Assembly (NCBI RefSeq): GCF_963921235.1
Contig: NC_086097.1
Coordinates: 76,262,001 to 76,326,000 of the forward strand
DNA length: 64,000 nt
Reading direction: 5' to 3'
Source: Mobula hypostoma
Lineage: Eukaryota
This document shows, one piece after another, positions 14,146-27,400 of the stretch. Numbering within the stretch: the first letter of the stretch is position 1; every line of letters starts with the position of its first letter. Made by a program: the position numbers and the translations under genes. The notes below the pieces were generated by a model. The model saw nothing but the letters and a program-made list of their open reading frames with translations. It had not been told where the DNA came from and did not search any database.

Positions 14146-14700
14146 CATCAAACAACACACATGAAAATTGCTGGTGGACACAGCAGGCCAGGCAGCATCT
14201 ATAGGAAGAGGTACAATCGACGTTTTGGGCCGAGACCCTTTGTCAGGACTAACAGAAAGAAGAGATAGTAAGAGATTTGAAAGTGGGAGGGGGAGGGGAA
14301 GATCTGAAATGATAGGAGAAGACAGGAGGGGGAGGGATGGAGCCAAGAGCTGGACAGTTGATTGGCAAAAGGGACATGAGAGAATCATGGGACGGACGGG
14401 AGGCCTAGGGAGAAAGCAGGGGGGGCCGGGAAGCCCAGAGGATAGGCAAGGAGTTATAGTGAGAGGGACAGAGGGAGAAAAAGGAGAGAGAGGAAAAAAT
14501 ATATAACTATAAAAGATAAATAAATAATGGATGGGGTACGAAGGGGAGGTGGGGCATTAACGGAAGTTAGAGAAGTCAATGTTCATGCCATCAGGTTGGA
14601 GGCTACCCAGACGGAATATAAGGTGTTGTTCCTCCAACCTGAGTGTGACTGCACCTTGACAGTAGAGGAGGCCGTGGATAGACATATCAGAATGGGAATC
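14146..14700 (-). mobile_element. Penelope-like element 3' fragment (GIY-YIG end and pLTR)
   Basis: Minus strand 'LEEQHLIFRLGSLQPDGMNIDF', a pyrimidine-rich UTR, then the hammerhead-bearing terminal repeat shared with the other copies. Confidence 0.85.
14215..14250 (-). ncRNA. Minimal type I hammerhead ribozyme motif, degenerate (G8A, G12A)
   Basis: AGTC-CTGACAA-AGGGTCTCGGCCC-AAAA-CGTC-GATT. Confidence 0.7.
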
Positions 14701-14954
14701 AACTATTTTGTACAATTATAAAACTAGCACTTAACCTCCAATAACATCCTAAATATGGTGAAAATTCCTAATTTACATCGGTCTACTTCCATCAGGATGT
14801 TAGAAATTAAAGCCAGAAATTCCTGGGAAGTACTTAGCAAAGTATAAAGTCTCTACCTAAATTTCTAGTTTATCATAGTTCTTCTAGCAGTGATCTTGGG
14901 ACATCTGGCCCAAAGTAGATTTAGACCTGAAGACTGCAATTGAGCAGCCAAAAC

Positions 14955-15222
14955 GATACAGAATGGAAACAAGCCTTTCCGCCTGCTGAGACCACACTGA
15001 TCATCAATCCCATTTTATTCTTCCTGCTTTCAGTATTCATCTTCATGTTTGAGGCAATTTACAGTAGCTAATTAATTTGCCAAACTGCACATCTTTGAGA
15101 CATGGGGAGGAAACGTACATGGTGACAGGAAGAATCTAGAAACTTCACAGAGATATCATTGAGGTCAGCATTGAATCCAGGCTGCTGGAAATATGAAGCA
15201 GCTGCTCTACCAGCTGAGTCAC
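14955..15222 (-). mobile_element. V-SINE/HE1-like tRNA SINE, degraded
   Basis: Reverse complement of a tRNA head (attgaatccagg...ctaccagctgagtcacta), V-domain-like ggggaggaaac...gtgacaggaagaatctagaaacttc, and a CR1-like tail (atacagaatggaaacaagcc). Confidence 0.7.
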
Positions 15223-15659
15223 TAAGATGCTGGTTTGCATAGCCACATCAACTGCCAATGATCTAAGGTTGCATTCTATGGCACATAAAATAGGCCTTGA
15301 ACATCTAGAGTATAGGATATTGGAAGCTCTGGAATAATTCTTTATTTGCAAATTTTTTTTATTCTTTCAATAGCTTATATCTTCTTCCATCTGAACCTCC
15401 TGCAAGCAATCATTCCAAATTTTAGCTCTTCAACCAAAAATAATTTTTGTCTTTCCTGTATTGCGTTTTTCCCTTTCACCCAAATACTTCTTTACCAATA
15501 AAATGCTGAAGTGTTATAAAGAACATCCATTATCTACTGTTCAGATTTTTCTACTACTTCTCAGTGAATGAATTCACTTGATTGCCATTGACTTCATTCA
15601 GATTGTTCATCTTTCTACCCGATTCAGAACTGTGATGATCAGTAGCAAAGGAATTTTTG

Positions 15660-16150
15660 CACCTAGTGGCCACTTTATTAGGTACACCTGCTTGTTAATG
15701 CAAATATCTAATCTGCATAAAAGCATGCAGATCTGGTCAAGAGGTTCAGTAGTTGTTCAGACCAGAATGAGGAAGAAATGTGATCTCAGTGACTTTGACT
15801 GTGGAACGATTGTTAGCACCAGATGGGGTGTTTTTTTTCTCTGAAACTCCTGATCTTCCGGGATTTTGACACACAACAGTCCCTAGAGTTTACAGAGGAT
15901 GGTGCAAAAGACAAAAAAAAAAATCAACCAGCGAATGGCAGTTCTGTGGGTGAAGATACCTTGCTAATGATAGAGGTCAGAGGAGAACGGCCAGACTGGT
16001 TCAAGCTGCCAGTAACTGAAGTAACCCCTTACTAAAAGAGTGGAGTGCAGAAGAGGATCTCTGAATGCACAACACATCAAACCTTGAGTGGATAGGCTAT
16101 CACAGTAGAAGATTATGAAAATACACTCAATGGCTACTTTATTAGATACA
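15660..16150 (+). mobile_element. Non-autonomous Tc1-like element with N-terminal transposase remnant
   Basis: Terminal motif agtggccactttattaggtaca (15665-15686) recurs at 16122-16150. Translation 'MRKKCDLSDFDCGTIV...' and 'GVQKRISECTTHQTL' resembles the Tc1 paired-like HTH. Confidence 0.8.
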
Positions 16151-17150
16151 GACATTTATGCTCATCTTCCTTGATGAATGTTTCTCTTCACAATGTAAAA
16201 TTCATGCATTATTTTCATTACTTTTTAGTATCTTGATGAACTCTCCTTTCCATCTTTGTCTCAGTGCATTAATTGGTACCTTTATCTGTGTAAGCCTCAA
16301 GCTTGAGAAGGGGCTAAGGTGTATTGCTATCTATAATAGTGTTAACATTCATGGTCATGTGTACACCATACCTTGATGTATGACTCATTAAAAAGCTGGT
16401 TGAAGTGATAACCTGCTGTTGTAATAAGGATGGTGCTCAAGGAGGTATTCAGCCTGGTTTGTTTAAACAATAACTATACAAGTTAAAGGGATGATTGACT
16501 ATATGAGTGACTTTGAGGATCAATGACCGGTAGAGTGAAAAATGCAGAAGTCATTATCATTTTTAAAACACAATTCTTTTGTAGCTTAGACACGGAGAAC
16601 TTTTGCTGTGATATCTGTGATGTATAAAATATATTGTGGTTATCTTTATACTAAATTCCTTTATTACACCTTCTTATCCACCTGACATCAACAATAATTA
16701 CACCAAATTAATGTGACCTTTACAAAACAACAAGGCGTTCTTTCAAAGAAATATTTCAAAGAAAATACCTTTCAAATAAAGACATACTTTCAAGGAAATA
16801 TTTGGACAGATAAATGTTAATTGGACTCGATCATCAAATTTTAACTTGGTCTAATTTTAACTGAATCTCCATATGAATTAACCAAAGGTTCAATGTCCAG
16901 TGAGCATGTTAAAGTTAGTTAAATAGTACCACTATCAATTCTGGAAAATACAAATAATCATGTTAGGATGACAAATAGGCTTACAGAGACTTATAGTATG
17001 TCTGGTAAATACACGAAAACACAAAAGCTCAATAATTAAAGCAACATTGAGATATAAGGTACCTCTGAAGTTCTCTGCATTGAGAAAATTGCAGTAAACT
17101 TGACAGAACTAAAATTAACAAATTCCTGGTTGTATTTCAATAGAAACAAG

Positions 17151-17260
17151 AGTCCTGCTGAAGGGTCTCAGCCCAAAACATCAACTGCATTTTTTCCATA
17201 GATACTGCCTGGCTTGCTGAGTTCCTCCAGCATTGTGTGTGTGTGTTGCCTTGCATTTCA
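17151..17260 (+). mobile_element. Penelope pLTR fragment with degenerate hammerhead (17151-17186)
   Basis: AGTC-CTGCTGA-AGGGTCTCAGCCC-AAAA-CATC-AACT followed by gatactgcctggcttgctgagttcctccagca. Confidence 0.8.
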
Positions 17261-17532
17261 ATATGATATGGCTTGTATTTTAAGAGTTCATTCTCTTGAA
17301 ACCATAAATCCTGCTGCTTCTCTGCCATATATTCTTTATATTCATGACTGCTTGCTGAATCACTGCCTTAACTTCCTGGATCTTGAAGGTTTGATCTACC
17401 AGCTGCTGCAGAGGTGATAGATGCACTGGGCGAGTCAATAATTGCATGGAATACATAAGTGTGATTATGCAGTTAGAAAATATAAGGGTGACTGACTTGA
17501 CAAATGAAAAATCAAATGAGTCATTGGTCACA

Positions 17533-17757
17533 AACAAGAGAAAGTCTGCAGATGCTGGAAATCCAAAGCAACACACACAAAATGCTGGAGGAACTCAGCA
17601 GGTCAGGCAGCATCAATGGAAAAGAGTCAACAGCTGAGAAGGCGGTCCTGAAACATTGACTGTACTCTTTTCCATAGATATTGCCTGGCCTGCTGAGTTC
17701 CTCCAGCGTTTTGTGAGCGTTGTTTGGATTTCCAGCTTCTGCAGATTTTCTCTTGTT
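17533..17757. repeat. Fold-back inverted repeat made of two Penelope pLTR ends
   Basis: Arm of ~100 bp at 17533-17633 is complementary to 17660-17757. The short spacer holds the hammerhead remnant cctgaaacattgactg. Confidence 0.9.
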
Positions 17758-17889
17758 CGAATTTTATGTGATAAAATTTTTTTAATAAATATAGATGAAT
17801 ATATGACTTTTGCTGTATTTTTTGTTGGAGGTTGGCATTACTCTTTGAACCATGCTCCACTCATTATTTAATTAATGCACAGTCACTAC

Positions 17890-18560
17890 TCAATTCTCTC
17901 CACACTCATGACCATGTGGCTAAGCACTGCTCAGACACTACAAATTTGCAGATGACACCTGTATTGTTGGTAAAATTTCAGGTGGCAAAGAGGAGGCTTA
18001 TAGGAGTGAGAGAGATTAGTTGCTTGAGTGGTGTCACAATAGCAACCTTGCATTCAAAGTCAGCTAGACCAAAGAAGTGTCTGTGGACTTCAGGAAAGGA
18101 AAGTTAAAAGAACAAGCCACCAGTCCTCACTGAGGGGTCAGCAATGGAAAGGGTGAGCAGCTGCAAGTTCCTGGGCATCAACATCTCCAAGGATCTATCC
18201 TGGACCCAACACACTGATGCAATTACACCAGCAGTTCTAATTCAATAGGATTTTAATGGGATTAAGTATTCAAGAATGCCACATCCATCCAAAGACCTTC
18301 ATCATCCAGGACCTGCCATTTTCTCATTACCACCATCAGGAAGGAGGTACAAGAATCAGAATATCTGCATTCAACAATTTAGGAAAAGCTTCTTTCCCTC
18401 TATTATCAGTGGTCCATGCTTCTATGAACACTACTTCATTATTCAAGCTTTTGCACTATTTATTTATTTTGTATTGTAATTTTATGTCCTTGAACTGTAC
18501 TGTTGCCAAAAATAAACTACACATCAGATAAGGCAGTGATAATAAATCTGATTCTGATTC
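17890..18560 (+). mobile_element. Rex1/Babar-type LINE 3' fragment
   Basis: 'KFADDT' (aaatttgcagatgacacc) and 'HHPGPAIFSLPPSGRRYK'. Tail aataaatctgattctgattc. Confidence 0.85.
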
Positions 18561-20329
18561 AGAAAGAAATAACCACGAGATGTAGAAGAATCATGAATGG
18601 TTCTAGGTATACATTTAAATTTCTACTGTCATCTTTAATTCTGCATAAGACAAATGTGTTGGAAAGACAATCTGTGAAACTAAATTCCATGTCAAATGCA
18701 ATCTTCCACACTGAAAGAAGACTGGCGCCAAATTTAAGTACCCAGACCTTTAAGAACACAAGGTAGCTCAAAGAGCTGTATTTTGCCATTATGTTTCCTA
18801 ATAGTATTCTTTATAATAAACAAATTCAGATAACAGGACATCAGCTATACAAGTATTATTAATGTGACACATGATACAGTAAGTAATAATGATCAGCAGA
18901 ATATTAAACCTTTCAAAGTTGCAAATTCTTTATTTTTGAAGTACTATCAAGTTTTGGAGGAGTAGGGTTAGGTATGGTTGAGAGAGAAGTTGGCAGAATT
19001 ATTTATTGACAAGCTTCCCTTGTCACAGATTGATCTATAAATATGAATACATTATTTCACAAGTATTATGATCCGCTTTTATTTTTAAAGATGTTTGCTT
19101 ACAACATTGTTGCATTTCAGAATGGATGGTTGAAATTGTAAGAGGAATTGCAAGTACAGATAATATTATACATCAAAATTTAGCAAAATAGTCATGGTTA
19201 GGAGGTAGAATATTTAGCATAAAAACAATTTTGAAGTTCAAATGTAAGGCTAAGACCTTTCCCAATTGATTAACTATTGCACCTACTCTCATATCAAGAG
19301 TTACATTTAACACCTCAGTGTTAATACTGTGACAATAAAGTCATCTGCATATGAATAATACTACTGCTACACTATTAACAATTATTCCAGCAGTAGCAAG
19401 TGCAAACGGAAAATAAACAAAATTAGTTGAGCTGGAAGAAAGTTCAAGCATTCTTAATTGATTTTTACTGATGATTCATGATATTCACATACATAAGCAC
19501 TAATGTTATCTGTTGTTTTTGTCCCTTTCAAAATGAAAACTCAATAATTTGAGATAGAAGAGCTGCCCATGAATTACACATACAGGAGTAACTAGAAAAA
19601 TGGTGCATTAAATTACCAGAGGAAAATCTAGTACAAGGACAATTATGTAATAAATTCTGATCTTGGCACTGATGAATAGATTCCAAACAATAAATAAACA
19701 AATAAAGTTGGTATAACGCAGATAACCCAGTAAGAAACAGACTGAATTAAAAAAAACAAGAATCACAGAAACTATTAATTTAAGCAATACTTCCCATAAA
19801 AAGTTCAAATCTATTAAAAACATCTCAGTATATTTAGTTTGAACAGAACTTAAATGAATAGTGGTTGATTTGCTACAACTTTTTGTTGCCAGCATAAGAA
19901 GGATTTGTTATGTCTAGTACACTGGAGATTATTATTTATTGGGATTTTTAATGCGCAAAATTAATAGGAGACTTTTCTGTCTTAAACTGCAGGTTTTTAA
20001 TCTGAAAGATATATAAACACATACGACATTGGTATTGTTATCATTTTGGATGCATAAAGTTTCTCTCTTTATTTTTAAAATAAATGGCTTCCAGCTCCTG
20101 TTAATTTAACAGAGAGGAACTAACATGAGAATAACTTTTGTTCCATAACTGATACTAATTTCGACAATTTGAATTGTTTAAGTATTAGCACTTCTAGATT
20201 TTTACTCTAAGTGAAGTTACAACTGATGGCCTTTCTCCACCCTCCTAGTTTCACTCAGAAAGTTGTGACAATGACTCTATTATTTTACATTAGGTACATT
20301 TTGGTGTATAACATTCTCTCCTCTCAGTC

Positions 20330-23295
20330 AGATATTGTGGTGGCGAGGGAAGAGGATCGGGTCAAGACAACAGAGGCTTTTGGAGAAGAGAAGTTATAAG
20401 CCGCGTCTCCCCTCTCTTATCATGGGAAATGTGAGATCGCTGGGGAATAAAATGGACGAACTGACTGCGCTTGTCAGGAGTCAGAGAACATTTCGGGAGA
20501 GCAGTATCATGTGCTTTACTGAGACGTGGCTGCATGAGGACGTACCTGATCAAAGTGTTTCCATAGAGGGCTTCCAGACCATTTGAGCTGACTGGAATTG
20601 CACTGAGAGCGGTAAGCGTAAGGGAGGGGGGCTGGCGGTTCTGGTAAATAACAGATGATGCGATCCTGGGCATATTACGATCAAGGAACGGGTCTGTAGC
20701 CCGGATATTGAACTTTTTGCTGTTGGACTCCTGCCATATTATTTGCCAAGGGAAATCTCGCAAGCAATTATGGTTGTTGTGTACATCCCTCCCTCTGCCA
20801 ACCCGACGTCGGCGTGTAACATCATTTACACCGTCATAGCCAGACTACAAACACAGCACCCGAGTGCCCTCATTACCATCTCGGGTGACTTTAACCAGGT
20901 TACCATGGCTAGAACACTGCCCAACCACGCAGTATATGAGCTGTACAACCAGAGGTGAGAGGACTCTGGATTTGATGTACACTAACGTTAAGGATGTATA
21001 CAGCTCCTCTCCCCTCCCCCCACTGGGAAGGTCAGATCACAACCTGGTGCATCTAAAACCCTGCTACGTGCCTCTGCTGAAGAGTAAACCTGCAACCTCG
21101 AAGAGAGTGAGAAAATGGTCGGAGGAGGCTTATGAAGTGCTCCAGGGTTGTTTTGAGGTGACAGACTGGCAGGTACTCTGTGAGCTACATGGAGAGGATA
21201 TTGATCAGCTCACAGAGTGCATCACTGATTACATCAACTTCTGTGTGGACTGCAATGTTCCGACAAGAACTGTCCTTTGTTATTCAAATAACAAGCCATG
21301 GGTGACAAAGGACATTAAGGACATCCTGAATGCTAAAAAGAGGGCGTTTAGAGAGGGAAATAGGGAGAAGCTGAGGGCAATACAGAGGGACCTGAAAGCC
21401 AGGATCTGGGAGGCTAAAGACAGGTGCAGGAGGAAGCTTGAGTGGAAACTCCAGCAGAACAACATGAGAGAGGTCTGGAGGGGGATGAGGACCATCGCTG
21501 GGTTCTGGCAAACTAGCAACAGAGGAGCGGAAGGCAGTGTGGACAGGGCCAATGAACTTAACCTGTTCTTTAACAGATTTGACAGTGTGGCCCCTGCCCA
21601 TCCCACACATGAGCCATCTGTTGTCGGCCCCCAACCAACACATATTCTACTCTCCCATCCTACCCCTCCTCACAGTCCCCCAACCCTGCTCTCATGACTA
21701 TACCACTTCCCCACACAAAACCACCATGGTGGGCTTCAGAGCTGAACAGGTGAGAAGACAGCTGAAACGTCTCAACCCAAGCAAGGCTGCAGGACCGGAT
21801 GATGTCAGTACCAGGGTGCCCAAAGCCTCTGCCCCTCAGCTATGTGGAGTACTTCACCATGTATTCAACCTGAGCCTGAGGCTCCGGAGGGTTCCTGTAT
21901 TGTGAAAGACGTCCTGCCTCGTCCCTGTGACGAAGACGACGCGCCCCAGCGGCCTCAATGACTACAGACCAGTGGCATTGACCTCCCACATCATGAAGAT
22001 CCTGGAGAGACTTGTTCTAGAGCTGCTCCAGCCTATGGTCAGGCCACACTTGGATCCCCTCCAGCTCTCCTACCAGCCCCGACTAGGAGTTGAGGATGCC
22101 ATCATTTTCCTGCTGAACCATGTCTACGCCCACCTGGACAAGCCAGCGAGCACTGTGAGGGTCATGTTTTTTGACTTCTCCAGTGCGTTCAACACCATCC
22201 ACCCTGCTCTGCTGGGGGAGAAGCTGACAGCGATGCAGGTGGATGCTTCCCTGGTATCATGGATTCTTGATTACCTGACTGGCAGACCACAGTACATGTG
22301 CTTGCAACACTGTGTGTCCGGCAGAGTGATCAGCAGCACTGGGGCTCTGCAGGGGACTGTCTTGTCTCCCTTTCTCTTCACCACTTACACCTCGGACTTC
22401 AACTACTGCACAGAGTCTTGTCATCTTCAGAAGTTTTCGGATGACTCTGCCATAGTTGGATGCATCAGCAAGGGAGATGAGGCTGAGTACAGGGTTACGG
22501 TAGGAAACTTTGTCACATGGTGTGAGCAGAATTATCTGCAGCTTAATGTGAAAAAGACTAAGGAGCTGGTGGTAGACATGAGGAGAGCTAAGGTACTGGT
22601 GACCCCTGTTTCCATCCAGGGGGTCAGTGTGGACATGGTGGAGGATTACAAATATCTGGGGATACAAATTGACAATAAACTGGACTGGTCAAAGAACACT
22701 GAGGCTGTCTACAAGAAGGGCCAGAGCTGTCTCTATTTCCTGAGGAGAATGAGGTCCTTTAACATCTGCCGGACGATGCTGAGGATGTTCTACGAGTCTG
22801 TGGTGGCCAGTGCTATCATGTTTGCTGTTGTGTGCCGGGGCAGCAGGCTGAGGGTGGCAGACACCAACAGAATCAACAAACTCATTCGTAAGGCCAGTGA
22901 TGTTGTGGGGAGGGAACTGGACTCTCTGACGGTGGTGTCTGAAAAGAGGATGCTGTCTAAGTTGCATGCCATCTTGGTCAATGTCTCCCATCCACTACAT
23001 AATGTACTGGGTGGGCACAGGAGTACATTCAGCCAGAGAATCATTCCACCGAGATGCAGCACTGAGCGTCATAGGAAGTCATTCCTGCCTGTGTCCATCA
23101 AACTTTACAACTCCTCCCTTGGAGGGTCAGACATCCTGAGCCGATAGGCTGGTCCTGGACTTATTCCATAATTTACTGGTATAATTTACATATTACTATT
23201 TAACTATTTATGGTTCTATTACTATTTATTATTTATGGAGCAACTGTAACGAAAACCAATTTCCTCCAGGATTAATAATGTATGACTATGACTAT
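20330..23295 (+). mobile_element. Young Rex1/Babar LINE, near-complete ORF (APE endonuclease and RT), 5' truncated
   Basis: EN motifs 'MGNVRSL..K', 'CFTETWL', 'VVVYIPP', 'SGDFN', 'LD..Y', 'SDH'; tether 'NNKPWVT'; RT 'DYRPVALTS', 'FFDFSSAFNTI', 'QGTVLSPFLF', 'FSDDSA', 'YKYLG'. Tail (tatgac)n at ~23281-23295. Only a few stops (20584, 20656, 21903) and frameshifts. Confidence 0.95.
21927..23147 (+). pseudogene. Uninterrupted 406-aa reverse transcriptase segment of the Rex1/Babar LINE
   Basis: ORF track; RT palm motifs present. Upstream in-frame TGA at 21903 replaces the Trp of 'LWKTS'. Confidence 0.9.
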
Positions 23296-23329
23296 GGTGA
23301 CAATGCCCAAGCTAAAGGGCGGTGTATGG

Positions 23330-24402
23330 ATACCATACTTCAGGAAGGATCTAGTAGCAATAGAGTACAGAAAAAATTCACCTGGGAAGGAGGTAATTTT
23401 AAGGATAAATTAGATAGGCAGGGTTTATTCATACTGGAATGTAGGATACTGATGGGAGACCTTATATAAGCTTATAAAATTCTGAGAACCAAAGGTGGGG
23501 TTTATAAGAGACTGCAGATGCTGAAATCTAATCTAGATAAGGTTGACTGCCCATTTCCTATGTCCATATTTACTTTTCACTTGATAGTATTAACACACGT
23601 CTTCTCGAACTTACAGTAATTTCACTCCCACCTTCACCATTTCTGTTTCCCTTTCTTACCTTATCGCCTTACCTGCCCATCACCTCCCTCTAGTTCTCCT
23701 CCCCCTTCCCTTTCTTCCATGGTCTTCTAAACTCTCCTATCGGATTCCCCCTTCTCCAGCCCTTTATCTCTTTCTGCTATCAACTTCCCAGCTCTTTACT
23801 TCACTCCTCCCCCTCTCCCAGTTTCACCAATCACTTACCACGTTGTACTTCATCTTCCCCTCCTCCCATTTTCTTGCTCTAACTTCTCATCTTTTTTTCC
23901 AGTCCTGATGAAGGATCTTGGACCAAAATGTTGACTGTTTTCTCTTTTCCACAGATACTGCCTGGCTTGTTGAGTTCCTTCAGAATTTTGTGTGTGTTGC
24001 TTAGATCTCCAGCATCTGCAGATTTTCTAGTCTTTCTGTCCCTTCCCCTCTACAGATGCTGCCTCATTCACTAATATGATAAATAGTCAGAGTCTTCATC
24101 CCAGAAAGGGGAATCTAGAACTAGAGGCCACAAGTTTATGGTCAGATAGATGATATTTAAGGGAGACCTTCTGGGTAGTTTTTCCCACAGATGGTGATAG
24201 TTATTTGGAACAACTTGCCAGAGGAAGTGGTAGAGGCAGATACAATTACATTGTTCAAATTATACTTGCACAAATACTTAGATGGGAAAGGTCAGAGGAT
24301 TATAGGCCTAATGTAGGCAAGTGGGATTCACATTGATAGGCATCACAGTGGACATTCATGAGGTGGGACAAAAGAGCCATTTTTGCTGCTGTATAATTCT
24401 AT
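23330..24402 (+). mobile_element. CR1 3' fragment interrupted by a Penelope insertion
   Basis: 'ggagaccttatataagcttataaaattctgaga' stops at ~23490. CR1 resumes at ~24075 (tagtcagagtcttcatcccaga...actagaggccacaagttta) and ends ttctatga. Confidence 0.8.
23500..24070 (+). mobile_element. Penelope-like 3' UTR/pLTR with hammerhead motif at 23900-23937
   Basis: Pyrimidine-rich UTR, then CAGTC-CTGATGA-AGGATCTTGGACC-AAAA-TGTT-GACTG and pLTR end tgtgtgttgcttagatctccagcatctgcaga. Confidence 0.85.
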
Positions 24403-27400
24403 GACAAATTGTCAAATCAATTTCACATTAGTGTTGGAACTTACTGTGCCTGCTTCTGGGTTGCAAGATTATTTGACTTCCTTAGTGGCATCTGGAAGGA
24501 GACTGGAGAATGTAAGGTCACCTCAGTGTAACCTTCACATAAGAGAAGAGGTCTTATTGAAAAAGCATGACTTCCTTGCTCTGCTCCTCAATCAGTTTGA
24601 GAAAGGTGATCCTTAGCTTGTATACCCTGATGGAGTGTTTGTACCCCCTGCACATTCAAAGTTGTTCAGCAGCTCCTCTCCATCCTCCTTGAATATACAG
24701 CTGGAACACCAGCCACTGTTCTTGTAGGTGTGTTCTCAGAATCTCATTAAAATGTAAAGCAAATTATTACAAGATCAGTGATACATAAAGTACCACGTCC
24801 CAAAACAAGAAGTTCACATATAGCAAAGGAACTAATTCAGCTTTTAGTCCACTGAGGAACAACATTCAGTTGCTACAAATCCAGAACAAAACAACGTATA
24901 TTAATATGCTATTAATATTCCATTAGAACTAACTTTGGGTCATTTACCTGAAATTTGGATTCTGTATTTCTCCCAACGGCTGAGCAAATGACATGCTGAA
25001 TGTTTCCAGCATAGTTCTGTTTACATTTTTAGGCACTATCACCTGCCTTTTTCCCCCCAAAGGCCTAATAATGGGCAAGATATGCTTGTAAAGTAGCCGT
25101 GGAAGTCTTAACTGTATCAAGACAATGATGGCTCTTTACTTAAAAAAATGATTTCAGAACAGTACTGGGAAAAGAAGTGATAGCATTTATTCCTTCCAAT
25201 CTGACCAGTAGATTTTGAAGCATCCCTGCTGCATCTATTGAGCTTAGGAGTCCATTTTATTTGCACAGAATAGCGGCGCCTCATTTTGTCTTGTCTTTGG
25301 AGAACTGGCTCTAGAGTGCAAACCTGCTAAGAGGGTCTGTTGGACCTTCAATTTTTTTGTGGCACTGCCTCAACTTTAGAGAACAAGAATTCTCCAGTTC
25401 TTACATTAAAATCATCTGATTCTTTAATGTGGGAGTGAGCTGGGTACAGGCAGGAATGCATCAAGCTCCATAGTAGACATGACAGTTCATAATTCCAGCC
25501 AGGCAGGAGCCACACATTACAAACAAAATCTCGCCAAGTTGGAAACCAAATGACAGCTACATTGCTAAAGCAGCCTTACTGGACAGCAACATTCTTTCAA
25601 AATATACTAGTTAAATGATTTGTGAAAATCGTATAAGGAGCAAAAAGATTTTGAATATTATATTCAATTTGTATCTGTATGGCTAAGTTGCATGGAATTA
25701 AAACTCATGAGTTGCAAGCAGGCTACACTTCTTCTTTGATTGCATACTTCTGCACAGCAGCCTCAATGAGCTTTAAATGACTCCTCAGAGTGAAAACGGA
25801 AATGAGCTGAGCTTTCTTCACTGTCTATTCATTTCATCAGAAAGTGGTGGGACTGGGGTCAGTCTTCAGTGAAACTTTTGCCAATCGATGGAAAAGCGTA
25901 TTATCTTTGGGAAGTTTTCAACCCATGTCCTCATGGGATACTGCGCTCATTGACTTCTATAGCTCGTACATGAACTCATAATAGTCAAGTGCTAAGATAG
26001 GCCTTCTAAGACCTGTAAAAGGATTTATTAGCAATAGACAAAAATTCAAGGAGGTTCAGTTATCTTCTACAAGAGCTTAGTGTTTCCTCAGGAAGCAAAC
26101 AAACAACATCAACTTTTCCTTCCTTCTCTGGGAGGTCAGGGCAGTGCTCTACTATGGCCTACAAGGACACTACTGTGCCCTTGTAATGCAAGCAGCTCAC
26201 GTTGTCGAGAAGCATCCTGTATATTTGATTGGATATTTGACTTGGGTGAAGCATTGCTAACAGTTGTGTTTGACTCACTTGCACCTGTGAGATCATTAAG
26301 ACTTCAGGTACACTCAGAGTTTATTTAGTTGAATGCATACCAAGGATTATGACAATGGGAAAAGTCATCAGTGATATAAGGAAGCTTGCAGGCAGCGAGT
26401 GAAAGAAAAATAGAGAACAAGTATGAAAAGGAAGAAATTTAAAAGATCTTATGGAAAGTGAGAGCAGCATACAACTTGTCAGTACAATAAGTCAAATTTA
26501 AGAATTCAGAATGATCAAAGACTAAATGGAAACAAGTCAATGGATGTGATTGTTATACAAAAGGCATGAAATCAACCTGATCTTTCGAGTTGCTTACAAT
26601 GGTAAAAAAAATGTGAAAAGTTATTTCTTGTGGTTTTAAAACAACTCCCATATTTGTGCCCAAGGCCAGTTAAGTTTCAAACAGAACCTACAACCGTGAT
26701 CCTAAGAGGTGGGGAAAAGAAATTCGATGGAGTGCTGACAGAATTTTTAATTTCAGAATTTATTTATTTGATTGAATTCTTATAACTTAATGGTCCCGGT
26801 TGGATCTTATTTCATGTCTCAGTTTCATCCAGAATTCTAGTCCAATAAATTAATAATTATGCTACCATATCATCCTAAAGTCTGCTGAAATTTCTATTGA
26901 AGTGTCATTGATCTGAAGTGCTTATGCTATTTCTATCTCCAAATGAGTGTGAGAATGGAGTTTGGAATTATACAATAAAGCCTGTGGTGAATGCCCTATC
27001 TCCTGATTTTTGTTTAAACTTTTGGGTGGGATAACAGACCGCCCCACTGTTTAATAATCCATACAAAATCACTGATAAAAGTATGTGTAACATTGGTTTA
27101 TGTAGTTAAGTGCTTCTGTGGATAGTCCTATTTAAGATGATACCTCAATTTTTACTAATTCATCTAAATAAATTAAATCAAGGTTAAACATTTCTGAAAT
27201 ACATTACAATATTTGACCATTATGAGTAATAAAGGCATAACGAAAATAATTATGGAGGTACACTATCTACATTTAAAACTCATTGATGAGGAAGCTGGCA
27301 TCTCAGGGCTTTCTTATCAGCCAATTGCTTATTCATCTCTATCAGAAAGAATATCGGTTAATAGTTATTTATTGATTACTCGAATACCAAGCTAGTTCTG

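Noticed and set aside
21927..23147. 406-aa ORF as a host gene
   Set aside because: It is the RT of a Rex1 LINE with upstream stops and frameshifts and a microsatellite tail.
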